A DNA stretch of 64,000 nt from an uncultured virus (IMG/VR IMGVR_UViG_2061766007_000176) (taxonomy: Duplodnaviria; Heunggongvirae; Uroviricota; Caudoviricetes): the IMG/VR virus record IMGVR_UViG_2061766007_000176; one strand, given 5' to 3'. Positions within the stretch are counted from its first letter, which is position 1; every line of letters starts with the position of its first letter. Both the position numbers and the translations under genes were made by a program. This document shows positions 1 through 10,123 of the stretch, piece after piece. The notes beneath the pieces were generated by a model. It ran no database searches. It was not told where the DNA came from and was given only the letters and a program-made list of their open reading frames with translations.

Positions 1-77
1 GGGCCAGGATTTTATCCTGGCCTTATTGGCCGGCCCGCGCTTTAGTGCGCTAAAGTACTAAAGTATGATCGCATAAA

Positions 78-272
78 AGAAAGCCATCCTTTACGGGATG
101 GCACATCCGCACTTGAGGGACGTTTTCTTCAGCAGTTCGTGTCAGCGGTGCGGTTGCGATTCACTCGGTGGTGATTCGGACAGGGCCCTCCTCACCTCTG
201 AGGGTCTTACGTCGGCTACTTGTGCCTGTCGCCCCTCCGAGCGGTCTTGGGGGTTTTCCCCCCTTTGACACT
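78..272 (-). ncRNA. Putative small structured RNA
   Basis: Follows the 276-304 promoter; no RBS-linked ORF; ends in hairpin GCCATCC/GGATGGC plus a T-run (about 78-102). Confidence 0.45.
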
Positions 273-275
273 AAC

Positions 276-304
276 ATTATAACCCATTATAGATTATTTG
301 TCAA
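276..304 (-). promoter_or_regulatory. SigA/sigma70 consensus promoter (leftward)
   Basis: Reverse strand reads TTGACA-17nt-TATAAT; divergent from the promoter at 348-376. Confidence 0.85.
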
Positions 305-347
305 CCCCTTTTTTAAAAAAATTAAAAAAACTTTTTTGAAAAAACTG

Positions 348-376
348 TTGACAACCGATCCGGTTTGTGGTATTAT
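348..376 (+). promoter_or_regulatory. SigA consensus promoter
   Basis: TTGACA-17nt-TATTAT. Confidence 0.8.
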
Positions 377-517
377 AATCCTGCGAGAGGGAGAGAAACC
401 CCAACTCTCCCGAGGGACGCCCACCGCAGACAGGGGATCCAAGGGGCGCAAGCCTGGCGGTGGGAGTTCTCCCGAGAGCAAAGCGCCCAGACTTTGAAAA
501 AAAGTTTGGATGAACGC

Positions 518-546
518 TTGACAGATCCACCGGAAGGTGCTATAAT
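518..546 (+). promoter_or_regulatory. SigA consensus promoter with extended -10
   Basis: TTGACA-17nt-TATAAT with TG at -15/-14. Confidence 0.85.
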
Positions 547-549
547 AAG

Positions 550-812
550 ACCATCGAAAGGGGATGATTCCAAAGGGACGGGTGAGCGAGAGCGAGCAGG
601 TCGCGGTGGCTCGTAATCGCACAAATTGAAGCGACTGGGCGCGCCCACCGAGGCATGGGCGGTACTAAACCAGAGTCAGACTCTGGCGAGCGTACCAAGT
701 CCCACGAGGGAAGGGAGAGAGACCCGGAAATCGTGGGACGGGGTGGTAACCCCTCCAGACCCGAGGAAATGCGGGGAGCAATAGCCAAAACGGGCGCAAG
801 TGCGCCCATTTT
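550..812 (+). ncRNA. Putative structured RNA
   Basis: GC-rich hairpins (e.g. CCAGAGTC-A-GACTCTGG); terminator-like GGGCGCA/TGCGCCC followed by ATTTT; no convincing CDS. Confidence 0.45.
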
Positions 813-1047
813 CCACATCCGGGCCTGCGCGGGCCGGCTATATGTCATTCAAAATTCGCCATTACAGGCCCGATCTGGCCAATTCAACTGGCCGGCCGGC
901 CACACTTAATTCTGGCCCGTTAGAATGTGAATTACAGGCCAGAATTCAACCAGGCATCGGCCAGATAATAGGCCAGAATTATTAAGGCCGGCCACAGGCC
1001 AGGCCCGCTTTAATACGCTAAAGTATTAAAGTAGATAGATATTAAAT

Positions 1048-1200
1048 ATGCCCGCCCAATCGGACGGGTCTTACCGGTGCCACCCTCGGGCGACCTACCC
1101 TCAGTGGCTTGGGCGCTTGGTCTCGCCCGTTGAGTCCGCTTCGCGCCTGCCCGCGGACTCGGGGCTTGGGTTCCCACCGGAATCACCTCCCTTCGATGGT
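1048..1200 (-). ncRNA. Putative structured RNA
   Basis: Promoter TTGACA-17-TATACT at 1232-1204; consecutive hairpins GAGTCCGC/GCGGACTC, GGGCG/CGCCC, CCCGTCC/GGGCGGG. Confidence 0.45.
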
Positions 1201-1436
1201 TAAAGTATAGCACAGTCGCGCCGGTTTGTCAACAGTTTTTTTGAATTTTTTCAAAAAAAATTACGATCAAAATTTGCCTCTCCAGGCCCAAACTGGCCCG
1301 TCGGCATCGACCGGCCGGCCGTATGGTTCTGAAAATCGGCCTGTAGAGGCAAATTCCAACTGGCCGGCCTGCCGCCGAGTTAGTCTCGTCTAACTCTAAG
1401 GATGTAAAATTTGGTCTGACCAGATTTTACATTGTC

Positions 1437-1874
1437 TTATTTGGTCAGACCCTTGAGAACCTTCACGATGTCGGCGGGTTCGTAAGCGTTCTCACCCCAA
1501 GCCTTGCGGTTTCCTTCTTCATCATCGAACAGGATGTATCCGTTGGTAGCGGTTTTCTTATTCGTTCCGTAGGGAACAACCTTGATTTCGTTCCACTTGA
1601 CGGCGGGAAGGTGCTTGGCGAGCCAAGCGACCTTGGCTTTGGCGACCGCCTTGTGATAGGCGGGATTGTCAACCTTGGCGGTCCAAGTGATGACATTCAC
1701 GGTATAGCCGTTCTTCTGAACCTTGTTCAGCAGGCGGGCGATGTGGGCGAGATTTCCGATACCCTTAGCGATTTCGTAGGGGCGGGTCTCGCCGTTGCGG
1801 ATGGCGATCAGCCAATCAGCGACTCCGTAGAGGTCAGCGATTGTGCCATCCATGTCGAACCAGATACCCTTCAT
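1437..1874 (-). CDS. HAD-superfamily hydrolase (5'-nucleotidase-like)
   Basis: Motif I FDMDGT and C-terminal ILFDD; paralog of 8899-9348. Confidence 0.8.
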   Translation of the reverse strand: MKGIWFDMDGTIADLYGVADWLIAIRNGETRPYEIAKGIGNLAHIARLLNKVQKNGYTVNVITWTAKVDNPAYHKAVAKAKVAWLAKHLPAVKWNEIKVVPYGTNKKTATNGYILFDDEEGNRKAWGENAYEPADIVKVLKGLTK

Positions 1875-1963
1875 TCCTTAACTCCCCCTTTCTGATTATA
1901 TTATATACTATTGACACCGGATTACAATTGATTATTTGGGAAAATTTCATACCAGATTAACCA

Positions 1964-2467
1964 TCAGGCACACTGTGCTTCAAGCCAATTAATCATTTTA
2001 TTGGACGTTTTGCGAAAACGGATTGCGATATCAGTATGTTCACTATTATTACAAACCCTTGTAAACAGGGAAACAAACAGGCGAAACTCTTTTTTATTCA
2101 TTTGATATTCAGTAATCAATTCGGTTGCTCTATCCCACTCCATCCAAATAAACACTTTAGAAGGTGTATTTTTGAAGAAGGTTTTAATCTTATCTTCAGC
2201 CGAATTATACCGACCGCCAATACTCCGACCAAGACTTGCTTCAGAAGATTTAACGCTTGCCCTTTCGCTTTCAATATCAGAACCATTTTTCCAAGATGTC
2301 GCAGGATTAATATCAGTATAAATACCACGATAAGCCTTTGCGATACTTTCCAAAGTTTCACCCCTGTTTTTATATGCTTTCTGATAATTCGGACGATAAG
2401 GCGAATTGCGGTTAATTTCGGGTTCGTATGCGTAAGGCAGAGGATTTGTATAAGTTACCTTCTTCAT
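1964..2467 (-). CDS. Hypothetical protein, possibly a distant member of the 3684/5111/14187 family
   Basis: RBS GGGAG; NRGETLE...GSDI...SVK resembles NKGE.FE...GDI...QVK. Confidence 0.65.
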   Translation of the reverse strand: MKKVTYTNPLPYAYEPEINRNSPYRPNYQKAYKNRGETLESIAKAYRGIYTDINPATSWKNGSDIESERASVKSSEASLGRSIGGRYNSAEDKIKTFFKNTPSKVFIWMEWDRATELITEYQMNKKEFRLFVSLFTRVCNNSEHTDIAIRFRKTSNKMINWLEAQCA

Positions 2468-2739
2468 GGTCTTAACTCCCTTCCTTTGATAATACTATTA
2501 TAATAGCGGCATCTTCACAATACAATTGATAATATGGGAAAATTTCACACCAGATATGACATGAGCGGGCCGGCATAAAAAGGTCAAGAAAGGTCAAACG
2601 AAATTTGCCATTCTAAGCGTCTGAAAAATAATTCATCGTCTGGCCATACGATTATAATTCTTTCAGCGCCTTAGAATGGCAAATTTTGAATTTACCTTTT
2701 ATCAAATATAAATCCACTACTATATATGGTGGGAGACCC

Positions 2740-2961
2740 TTACAGGTCTCCCGCCATCTCGTAGTACCACTCAGCGAAAACCGGGTCGCGGTCGAGCAGT
2801 ACATCAAGCAGGTCGCCATCTTCGGGAGTCAGACCCTCAGCAGTGGCAATCTCGGTCATCACCGAATCAAACAGGTCAGAATCAAACAGTTCGTACCAAG
2901 CAAGGTCAAAGCGGCGGCAGTAGTCTTCGAAGAGTTCTTCCATCATTTCGCGAGTCATCAT
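2740..2961 (-). CDS. Small very acidic protein
   Basis: RBS AAAGGAAAG; D/E-rich 73 aa. Confidence 0.7.
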   Translation of the reverse strand: MMTREMMEELFEDYCRRFDLAWYELFDSDLFDSVMTEIATAEGLTPEDGDLLDVLLDRDPVFAEWYYEMAGDL

Positions 2962-3387
2962 TGTCTTTCTTTCCTTTCTTTGGGGTGGCTCTCTGTCCTC
3001 CCCGCACCATTATATTATCACAAACCGGCACAAAAAGCAACCCCTAAAATGAAATTTTTCTTTGTGAATTTTGGTAAAGTTTTCTACCAAATTATACATC
3101 ATTCAAAATTTGGCTCTACAGGCCCGATCTGGCCAGACCCATCGACCGGCCGGACGATGGATTAATTCCGGGCCTGCCTCAGAGGCAAATTTTGACGACC
3201 GGCCGGAAGGTCAAAGTCAGTCAAAGTCAAACTTTTCTGGCCCAAAGTTGTACGTACAACTGGCCAGGCCTGGCCCGCAGTTAGTCATGACTAACTTGTA
3301 CGTACAATTACTGCCGGCCCGGCGTGCTTTAGCACGCTAAAGTATTACATCGTTAAACCCACCTACATAATAGGTAGGCGGGTGAAA

Positions 3388-3455
3388 CAGGCGAGGTACC
3401 TCGGCAGGCGAGGTATCGGGGCAGCAGAGGTACCTCAGCAGGCGAGGTACTCTGG
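3388..3455 (+). repeat. Four tandem 17-bp repeats (consensus CAGGCGAGGTACCTCGG)
   Basis: Units read directly; bracketed by CTTTAGCACGCTAAAG palindromes at 3327-3342 and 3467-3482. Confidence 0.85.
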
Positions 3456-3683
3456 CTGCCGAGACACTTTAGCACGCTAAAGTGATAAAGCGTGAAAGTG
3501 TTACGAAAGTGTTACAACTATGTAACAAAATCGTCATACCGGCTGCCGAATGATTTAGACTTCCGTAACAGAAAAGCCGCAAAATCTTAACCGAATCTTA
3601 ACACTTTTGTAACAAAAACCCTTGACGGCTTCCGGCTTGCCATGCTATAATAAGCCATCGAAAGACGAAAGGGGATTTGACCG

Positions 3684-4154
3684 ATGACCACCTTCGACCG
3701 CGAAACCGCCCTGCGCCGGATGGCGCACGATTACAACGCGCTGAGCGCGTCCCATGTGTACGCTCTGGGCTTTGTCCACGCGCACGACCTGTATGTGGCT
3801 AAGCTGAGCTTCGCTGAGCTGAGCCGTTACTTCAAGCTCGACCGCGCGAGCCAGTCCCACGGCGGGATGCTGAAAATCCGCATCCGGATGACCGCCACCG
3901 CCAAAGCTGAGCTGAGCGCCAAAGCTGAGAAGCTCGGAGCTGAAACCCTGCTGACCCTCGACCCCAAGCACAACAAGGGCGAGAACTTCGAGCGGGAGCT
4001 GACCGAGCGGTGGACCGCTGAGACCTGGGTCAAGGACTCCATCCCCTTCAATGTGGCGGGTGACATTCGGGTGGATGGGATTGAGGTTCAGGTCAAGCTC
4101 GATGGGGCTGAGCTGACCAACGAAAAAATCCTCAGCAAGCTGATGGCTTGCTGA
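3684..4154 (+). CDS. Hypothetical protein, possible PD-(D/E)XK-like fold (family copy 1)
   Basis: KGENFERE...GDI...EVQVK; paralog of 5111 and 14187; own promoter TTGACG/TATAAT. Confidence 0.75.
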   Translation: MTTFDRETALRRMAHDYNALSASHVYALGFVHAHDLYVAKLSFAELSRYFKLDRASQSHGGMLKIRIRMTATAKAELSAKAEKLGAETLLTLDPKHNKGENFERELTERWTAETWVKDSIPFNVAGDIRVDGIEVQVKLDGAELTNEKILSKLMAC

Positions 4155-4222
4155 GGATGGGGTAAAAATACAACATCCCACGCAGTATAATGATTATGGA
4201 AAGAGAGAAAGGAGCTACTAAA

Positions 4223-4363
4223 ATGACTTTTCTGATTTGCTACCACGGCGAAAGCTACCACCTCGACATCGAGAGCCTCGACGAACTCCAGACCCTTGCT
4301 GACCGCTATGGTTGGGTCAAACTCGACGTCGACTTTAAGAACATGGTTATCACCATTCACTAA
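4223..4363 (+). CDS. Small hypothetical protein (46 aa)
   Basis: RBS AAAGGAG; MTFLICYHGESYHLD...; below the ORF-track cutoff. Confidence 0.65.
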   Translation: MTFLICYHGESYHLDIESLDELQTLADRYGWVKLDVDFKNMVITIH

Positions 4364-4375
4364 GGGGTGATAACC

Positions 4376-4459
4376 ATGACGACTACTGATCTCATCGCCC
4401 TGGCCCTGCCTGCCCTGTATATCATCGTGTGCTTAGTTGCCACCTTCAAACGGGGTTAA
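4376..4459 (+). CDS. Single-TM peptide (27 aa)
   Basis: RBS AAGGGG; MTTTDLIALALPALYIIVCLVATFKRG. Confidence 0.55.
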   Translation: MTTTDLIALALPALYIIVCLVATFKRG

Positions 4460-4614
4460 CGGGCCGGCCCAGGCGGCCAGTTAAAAAAATTGGCCGGCCT
4501 ATACAGGCCGGCCCGAGATTTAATAAAATTGTAACAATTTTATACTTGAAATTGTAACAACTCTTTGCTATAATAAGAGTGTCGAAAGGGACGAAAGAAA
4601 GGAAGGAAACCAAA

Positions 4615-4947
4615 ATGACTAAGACCATCGCAATCGCCACCGCCGTGACCATCGCCATTATCCTCGCTTGCTCCTGTGCTATCGCCGAAGTTCCGCAGGT
4701 GGATCGGCACACCATGCACTGCCAGGGCATGTATCCTCGGCTCGCCATCATCACCAAGCTGGATTACGAGCTGGATATCGTAACCGTAACTGACGCAGCT
4801 GGGTTCGATTGGCAGTTCGACTGCTGTGATGACTGGGTTATGGGCGACTATGTTACCATGATGATGTATGACAGCGAGACCCCCTACGAAATTGAGGACG
4901 ATGTAATAGTCCTCGCCTTCTGGGGCGGTTGGACCGCAAAAAATTAA
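4615..4947 (+). CDS. Secreted or membrane-anchored hypothetical protein
   Basis: RBS AAGGAAGG; N-terminal hydrophobic signal-like segment. Confidence 0.7.
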   Translation: MTKTIAIATAVTIAIILACSCAIAEVPQVDRHTMHCQGMYPRLAIITKLDYELDIVTVTDAAGFDWQFDCCDDWVMGDYVTMMMYDSETPYEIEDDVIVLAFWGGWTAKN

Positions 4948-5110
4948 CCTTCGGGGGGGGGGGNNNNNNNNNNNNNNNNNNNNNNNNNNNNNCTGGCCGG
5001 CCCGCAAATGTTACGAAAGTGTTACGATTAGTTCATAAATTGTTAACTTGACGGATGTACCGGATAGGTGTATAATTAAGGCACAGAAAGGGAAAGGAAG
5101 GTACTCAAGA

Positions 5111-5557
5111 ATGACTCGCAACGAAATGATCGACCGCTACAACGCTCTCTCCGCCGCCACTGCTTACATCGTTGGCTTCGTCCTCAACGGACTCCTGTAC
5201 TACACCATGTCCGCCCACATTGCGGATCAGTTCCTCAAGTTTGACCACATGGCTTCCAAACGTGGCGGTTGGGCAAAGATCCGTGTTCGGCTCTCTTCCG
5301 CAGATCGCAAGGCTCTTGTGGAGTGCGGACAGGCGGTGCTGATCGGCACTGCGGATCTCCTCACCGATGCGAAGTACAACAAGGGCGAGTGCTTCGAACG
5401 GGTAATCACCGAATCCCTCACGGGCGAACAGTGGGTGAAGGACTCCGTTCCGTTCAATGTCGCAGGAGATATCACCCTCAACGGCGAACAAGTACAGATC
5501 AAGTTTGACGGGGCGGAACTCACCAACGAAAAACTCCTCATGCGGATCTCCGCATGA
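5111..5557 (+). CDS. Hypothetical protein (family copy 2)
   Basis: MTRNEMI...; near-identical to 14187-14630. Confidence 0.8.
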   Translation: MTRNEMIDRYNALSAATAYIVGFVLNGLLYYTMSAHIADQFLKFDHMASKRGGWAKIRVRLSSADRKALVECGQAVLIGTADLLTDAKYNKGECFERVITESLTGEQWVKDSVPFNVAGDITLNGEQVQIKFDGAELTNEKLLMRISA

Positions 5558-5626
5558 GGATGCTGAAAAAATGTCGCATCCTATTTGATACTATATATAC
5601 AGAAAGAGGAAAGGAAGGTACTTAAG

Positions 5627-5821
5627 ATGGGTTACTTCGATGATTGGTTTGAGGGCGAGATGGAGTTGGACATTGACGAACTGTCTTACGGCGACAAGAT
5701 CCCCGATCCCTTTGACGGTGACACCGCGATCGACTCTTCCTTTGAGGAAGATTACTTCGACAACATCGACCTCTATCGGTTCAACACCGACCCGCACATG
5801 CGGATGTATAGGGATGAATAA
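5627..5821 (+). CDS. Small very acidic protein
   Basis: RBS AAGGAAGG; MGYFDDWFEGEMELDIDE... Confidence 0.7.
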   Translation: MGYFDDWFEGEMELDIDELSYGDKIPDPFDGDTAIDSSFEEDYFDNIDLYRFNTDPHMRMYRDE

Positions 5822-5964
5822 TTATTCATCCCGCCCGCGGGCCGGCCAGCCGAATTGTTACGAAACTGTAACAAATAGTTAATAAAAACTTAACAAATTT
5901 ATACTTGATTTTGTAACAAATTTGCGGTATAATACTTACAGAAAGAGGAAAGGAAGGTAACCCA

Positions 5965-6126
5965 ATGATGAACGTTAAGAATCTCCCCACCACCCACAAA
6001 GAATTTGTTGTCGCCCGCGCGGTCGAAGGTGACCTCTGGTACTGGGGTTCTTGGGATTCCGAAGAGACCGCCCACACTGTCGCCAATGACATCAACGGCA
6101 TTGTGGTCTATGAAGAGGAGGAGTAA
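5965..6126 (+). CDS. Small hypothetical protein (53 aa)
   Basis: Promoter plus RBS; MMNVKNLPTTHKEFVVARAVEGDLWYWGSW... Confidence 0.65.
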   Translation: MMNVKNLPTTHKEFVVARAVEGDLWYWGSWDSEETAHTVANDINGIVVYEEEE

Positions 6127-6129
6127 GCC

Positions 6130-6285
6130 ATGACTAACAACCAACTGTGTAACATCCTCGGAGTTATAGGTTGCGTAATTGCCTTCTTCGGTATGGGGTT
6201 AGTATTCTTCGGAATAACCTCTGCTGCTTGGGCAGTTGCCTTCGGTATTCTACTTAGTGGCATCGGGTTAGTTAATTACGACTAA
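6130..6285 (+). CDS. Small two-TM membrane protein
   Basis: RBS GGAGGAG; hydrophobic 51 aa. Confidence 0.6.
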   Translation: MTNNQLCNILGVIGCVIAFFGMGLVFFGITSAAWAVAFGILLSGIGLVNYD

Positions 6286-6392
6286 CCCAGCGGGCCGGCC
6301 CGCCAAAATTGTAATAAAATTGTAACAAATTTATACTTGATTTCGTAACAACTTTCTGCTATAATTAAACCATCGAAAGGGAGGAATGAAGA

Positions 6393-6542
6393 ATGACCCG
6401 CACCTACAAGAAGTCCGCAAGCTATCCGCACCCCACCAACTACCCGCACCACAACCGCCACACCAACTCCCGCGTCCTGCGGAAGCGCATGGATCGGCGT
6501 GACCGCCACCGCCTCAACCGCTTCTCTATGGAGGCGGACTAA
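6393..6542 (+). CDS. Basic His/Arg-rich peptide (copy 1)
   Basis: MTRTYKKSASYPHPTNYPHHNRH...; paralog at 14943-15095 with synonymous changes. Confidence 0.75.
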   Translation: MTRTYKKSASYPHPTNYPHHNRHTNSRVLRKRMDRRDRHRLNRFSMEAD

Positions 6543-6647
6543 GGCGGATGCGAGCTGGGAGCTGGCAAAAAAATTGTGAGCTGGGCTTGACAAACTGAGC
6601 AAGCCGTGATATAATGACACTGTAAGAAAGAGAAGGAGGATCTCAAG

Positions 6648-6785
6648 ATGGATTACGAACTGTACGATGGTGACTACGAATACGAAGATGGCGACTACCT
6701 CGATGACGAACCCGATTACGATTGGGGTTACAACGAGGACGAGGGTTTCGATCCCTACGCAGGTTGCTACACTTGGGACTGCTGA
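6648..6785 (+). CDS. Extremely acidic D/E/Y-rich peptide (copy 1)
   Basis: RBS AAGGAGG; ends GFDPYAGCYTWDC; paralog at 15196-15354. Confidence 0.75.
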   Translation: MDYELYDGDYEYEDGDYLDDEPDYDWGYNEDEGFDPYAGCYTWDC

Positions 6786-6794
6786 GAAGGAGGA

Positions 6795-7079
6795 ATGACC
6801 ATGACTGCTACTGTTACTTGCCACTGCCCTCTGTGCGGAAAAGTTTCCTTTGTCACTTGTGATGAGGACGCATACGATCGGTATGTGACCACCAGCACCC
6901 CGATTCAGGAGATCTTCCCCGATATGGATCTCCACACTCGGGAACTCCTCATCTCGGGGATGTGCCTTGATTGTCAGGCTTCCTTCTTCGTGGAAGATGA
7001 CGATTGCGATGGGAAATGCGATGTCTGTTGTGACTTCGATTGCCCCTCTAATGCCTCGCTCTTTGCTCCGCAGGAGTGA
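6795..7079 (+). CDS. Cys-rich zinc-binding protein (copy 1)
   Basis: CPLCG, CLDC and C-terminal Cys cluster; paralog at 15368-15632. Confidence 0.75.
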   Translation: MTMTATVTCHCPLCGKVSFVTCDEDAYDRYVTTSTPIQEIFPDMDLHTRELLISGMCLDCQASFFVEDDDCDGKCDVCCDFDCPSNASLFAPQE

Positions 7080-7193
7080 GCGGGCCGGCCAGCCGAAAAG
7101 TTAACAAAATTGTAACAAAATTATGCTTGATTTTGTAACAAATCTATGGTATTATAATAATGTCGAAAGGGACAAGAAAGGAAGGAAAGAACA

Positions 7194-7463
7194 ATGACAC
7201 GGAAATTCAAAGACCACCCCTACGCACAGGCTTGCGTTATCGAAACCCCGAACTACAAGGCTCTCCAGTCCTACAACACCATTGTTGTTGAGATTGACCA
7301 CGAAGGTTGGCTCCATGTCAACGGTCTGTATAGCATGACCACCATCCGCCATATAGGCTGGTTCATGCGGGAGCTGGGCTTCACGTACCAGCTGGCAAAG
7401 GCTCTGTATGTTGATAACAAGGAAATGAACATCTACACGGGAGAGGTGATTGATTGTGACTAA
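7194..7463 (+). CDS. Hypothetical protein
   Basis: Promoter and RBS; 89 aa. Confidence 0.7.
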   Translation: MTRKFKDHPYAQACVIETPNYKALQSYNTIVVEIDHEGWLHVNGLYSMTTIRHIGWFMRELGFTYQLAKALYVDNKEMNIYTGEVIDCD

Positions 7464-7611
7464 AGAAGAGTTTACAGAAGAATATAAAATCAGTATCTAT
7501 GCCCACAGGTGGTGGAATTTTGATGAACAACCGCCAGAAAAATATAAACAACAGGTTAAACAATACCTAATAGACCATCCTGAAGAATTCAAAGGCGCAG
7601 GTCCACAGTGA
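7456..7611 (+). CDS. Small hypothetical protein
   Basis: RBS GAGGTG, GTG start overlapping the previous stop. Confidence 0.5.
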   Translation: MTKEEFTEEYKISIYAHRWWNFDEQPPEKYKQQVKQYLIDHPEEFKGAGPQ

Positions 7612-7969
7612 CCTCGCGCCGGCCCGCTGATTTAACAAAATCTTAACACTTTTGACCTTGTTTTGTAACATATTTATGGTATAATAATCATGTCGAAAGG
7701 GAAGGGCGAGCCGAGAGGCGGACTCGAACGAGAAACGAAAAAAAGTTTCAGAAACCCCTTGACAAACCCCACAAAGTGTGGTACAATAAAAATGTCGGAA
7801 GGGAAGAGCGACTTCCGAAAGAACAGTGGGCAACGGACTCGCTCCCCTCGCAGTCGCAAAGCGATGTTGCCCAACTGAACGAAAAAAATGCTTGACATTC
7901 CCCACAAAATGTGGTAGAATGAATATGAAAAGAGGAAGGACACCTCACAAACCAGAAAGGCAAAAGGCT

Positions 7970-8305
7970 ATGAAGAAAGCCACCATGAACACCATCCTGT
8001 CCCTCATTTCCACCATCGACACTCCCGAAGCGGATGCTGTTCGGGCTGAGCTGAACGCTGAGCTGAACAAGGGCGAAGCTGTGAAAGCTGAGAACGCCAA
8101 GCTGTACGACTCCGCCAAGTCCATCGTGATGGACGAGCTGGGCAAGGCGACCGAAGCTGTGACCATCGGCGAGCTGTACGATGCCGTTGCGGATGCTCTG
8201 CCCGAAGGGTTCACGAAGGGCAAGCTCCAGTACGCTGTGACTCGCCTGTGGACTTCCGAGATTACTCGGATTGAGGGCAAGGTCAACTCCTATCGCAAGG
8301 CTTAA
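7970..8305 (+). CDS. Putative winged-helix DNA-binding protein (copy 1)
   Basis: VTIGELY...TKGKLQYAVTRLW...EGKVNSY; paralogs at 13096 and 15733. Confidence 0.7.
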   Translation: MKKATMNTILSLISTIDTPEADAVRAELNAELNKGEAVKAENAKLYDSAKSIVMDELGKATEAVTIGELYDAVADALPEGFTKGKLQYAVTRLWTSEITRIEGKVNSYRKA

Positions 8306-8449
8306 TGCCTTGCGACCCTCGGGGGGGGGGGGGNNNNNNNNNNNNNNNNNNNNNNCACTAACTCGCGGGCCGGCCCGCCATGTATTATTTGGGAAAAAAC
8401 TTTGCCATATTACTAATTGTTTTTCGCCAAATATCTGATATAATATAAT

Positions 8450-8790
8450 TGTTCCGAGGGAGTAAGGAAACTACCAAGGTGAGTAGGGTGCGCAACCGAA
8501 AGCGTTGGTCTTGGGTGTAAGCGGAGTAGTGAAACCGAGGAAAAGTGGTACTGACGAGTGCCCAATCAAATCCTTGCGAGGATGGGTGGGTAGGTGGTGT
8601 GTGTTGTTACACACTGTGTAGCAAGGTAGTGTTAAACCAAAGCACTATAATCTCAGGTGACTAAACTTCAAGAAGAAGTTACACAGGGATAGACCCTCTG
8701 GAGGTGAACTCCGAACGGAAGTCAGGATGTGTGTAATTCCAACACAGGAATGACTCAGGCAAGCGCCCCGCCTGTTAAGAAAGCGGGCGC
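8450..8790 (+). ncRNA. Putative ~340-nt structured RNA
   Basis: TGATATAAT -10 upstream; many hairpins; no CDS; terminal hairpin CCGC/GCGG. Confidence 0.5.
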
Positions 8791-8898
8791 ATCTTCGGGC
8801 CGGCCCGTAATTTAACACTTTTGTAACAAATTTGTGCTTGACTTTTAACAATTTCTTTGCTATAATAATTATGGAAAGAGGAAAGGAGAGTACGAACA

Positions 8899-9348
8899 AT
8901 GAGAACGATTTGGTTTGACATGGATGGAACGATTGCGAATCTGTACGGAGTTGAAAATTGGCTTCCGAAACTGCGGGCACATGATGCTTCGCCTTACGCT
9001 GATGCTGAGGTGATGCTGAACATGAGCCAGCTGGCTCGGTTGCTGAACCGCTTACAGGTCATGGGATACAAGCTGGGCATCATCAGCTGGCTCAGCAAGT
9101 GCCCCACTCCAGAGTATGACGAAGCTGTGAAACAGGCTAAGCTGGGCTGGCTGGGTCAGCATCTGGCGAGTGTGAGCTGGGACGAGGTTCGGATTGTCAA
9201 GCATGGAGTCCCCAAGGAGCTGTTCATGAAGTCGGAGGACGACATTCTCTTCGATGACGAGGAACTGAACAGAGATAACTGGCTCGGAGATGCCTACGAA
9301 CCCGACATGATTATCAAGGTACTGAAACATCTGCTTGGAATCTATTAA
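8899..9348 (+). CDS. HAD-superfamily hydrolase (copy 2)
   Basis: FDMDGT and ILFDD motifs. Confidence 0.8.
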   Translation: MRTIWFDMDGTIANLYGVENWLPKLRAHDASPYADAEVMLNMSQLARLLNRLQVMGYKLGIISWLSKCPTPEYDEAVKQAKLGWLGQHLASVSWDEVRIVKHGVPKELFMKSEDDILFDDEELNRDNWLGDAYEPDMIIKVLKHLLGIY

Positions 9349-9636
9349 AATCCGCCTTATGGGGGGGGAGGGTACCCTCCCCTCTTTTTTCGCATTTTTT
9401 CGGGGAGTGGNNNNNNNNNNNNNNNNNNNNNNNNNNNNNNNNNNNNNNNNNNNNNNNNNNNNNNNNNNNNNNNNNNNNNNNNNNTTTCAAAAAATTTTCT
9501 TGACAAAATTCAAAATTTATGTTATAATATATATGAAGTTGAGGGAGAGAAGATAAAAATTTTCCTCACCAAACCCCTTGACAACCACCCCTTGAAGTGC
9601 TATAATGTGTGTGTAAAGAGAAAGGAGAGATGCCCA

Positions 9637-10113
9637 ATGGCTAAACTGACCAAGGCTCAACTTGAAACCGCTATCCGTAACAACTTCCTGTCTTTCATCT
9701 CCCAGACCATTTCCCAGGAAATGGAAATTGACGTTCTGCCTGTGAGCGCAAGCGAACTCGCAGTGCCTTGCCTTGACGCAGAGGGCAACGAAAAGTGGGC
9801 GCTGATTAAGGTCAGCATCCCTCGTGGCACTCGGAATGGCGCAGGCGGTTACGACCCCTACGATGGCTATACTGCGAACGAAGATTACCTTGATGACCTC
9901 AAGGAAAAGGCGCAGAAGAAAGCCGATGCCGATGCGAAGAAACAGGCAAAAATCGCAAGGGATGAAGCAAAGCGCGCCGAAAAGAAAGCGGTCGCCGAAG
10001 CCAACAAGGGTCTGAAGGAACTCCGCAAGATTAAACTTGCGGAGTCCAAAGAGGACACTGACAATTACGCCAACGAATACGCACCGCACGAACTGACCGA
10101 TATGTTGAATTGA
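9637..10113 (+). CDS. Hypothetical protein with Lys/Ala coiled-coil tail
   Basis: MAKLTKA...; related to 16528-16875. Confidence 0.75.
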   Translation: MAKLTKAQLETAIRNNFLSFISQTISQEMEIDVLPVSASELAVPCLDAEGNEKWALIKVSIPRGTRNGAGGYDPYDGYTANEDYLDDLKEKAQKKADADAKKQAKIARDEAKRAEKKAVAEANKGLKELRKIKLAESKEDTDNYANEYAPHELTDMLN

Positions 10114-10123
10114 GGTGTTACGC

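Noticed and set aside
168..1213. ORF-track proteins in the first 1.2 kb
   Set aside because: They cross promoters and terminators, lack convincing RBS-start pairs and have low-quality composition; non-coding units fit better
8540..8600. Hammerhead ribozyme suggested by CTGACGA (also at 13681)
   Set aside because: The motif caps a simple hairpin; no stem II followed by GAAA and a cleavage triplet could be built
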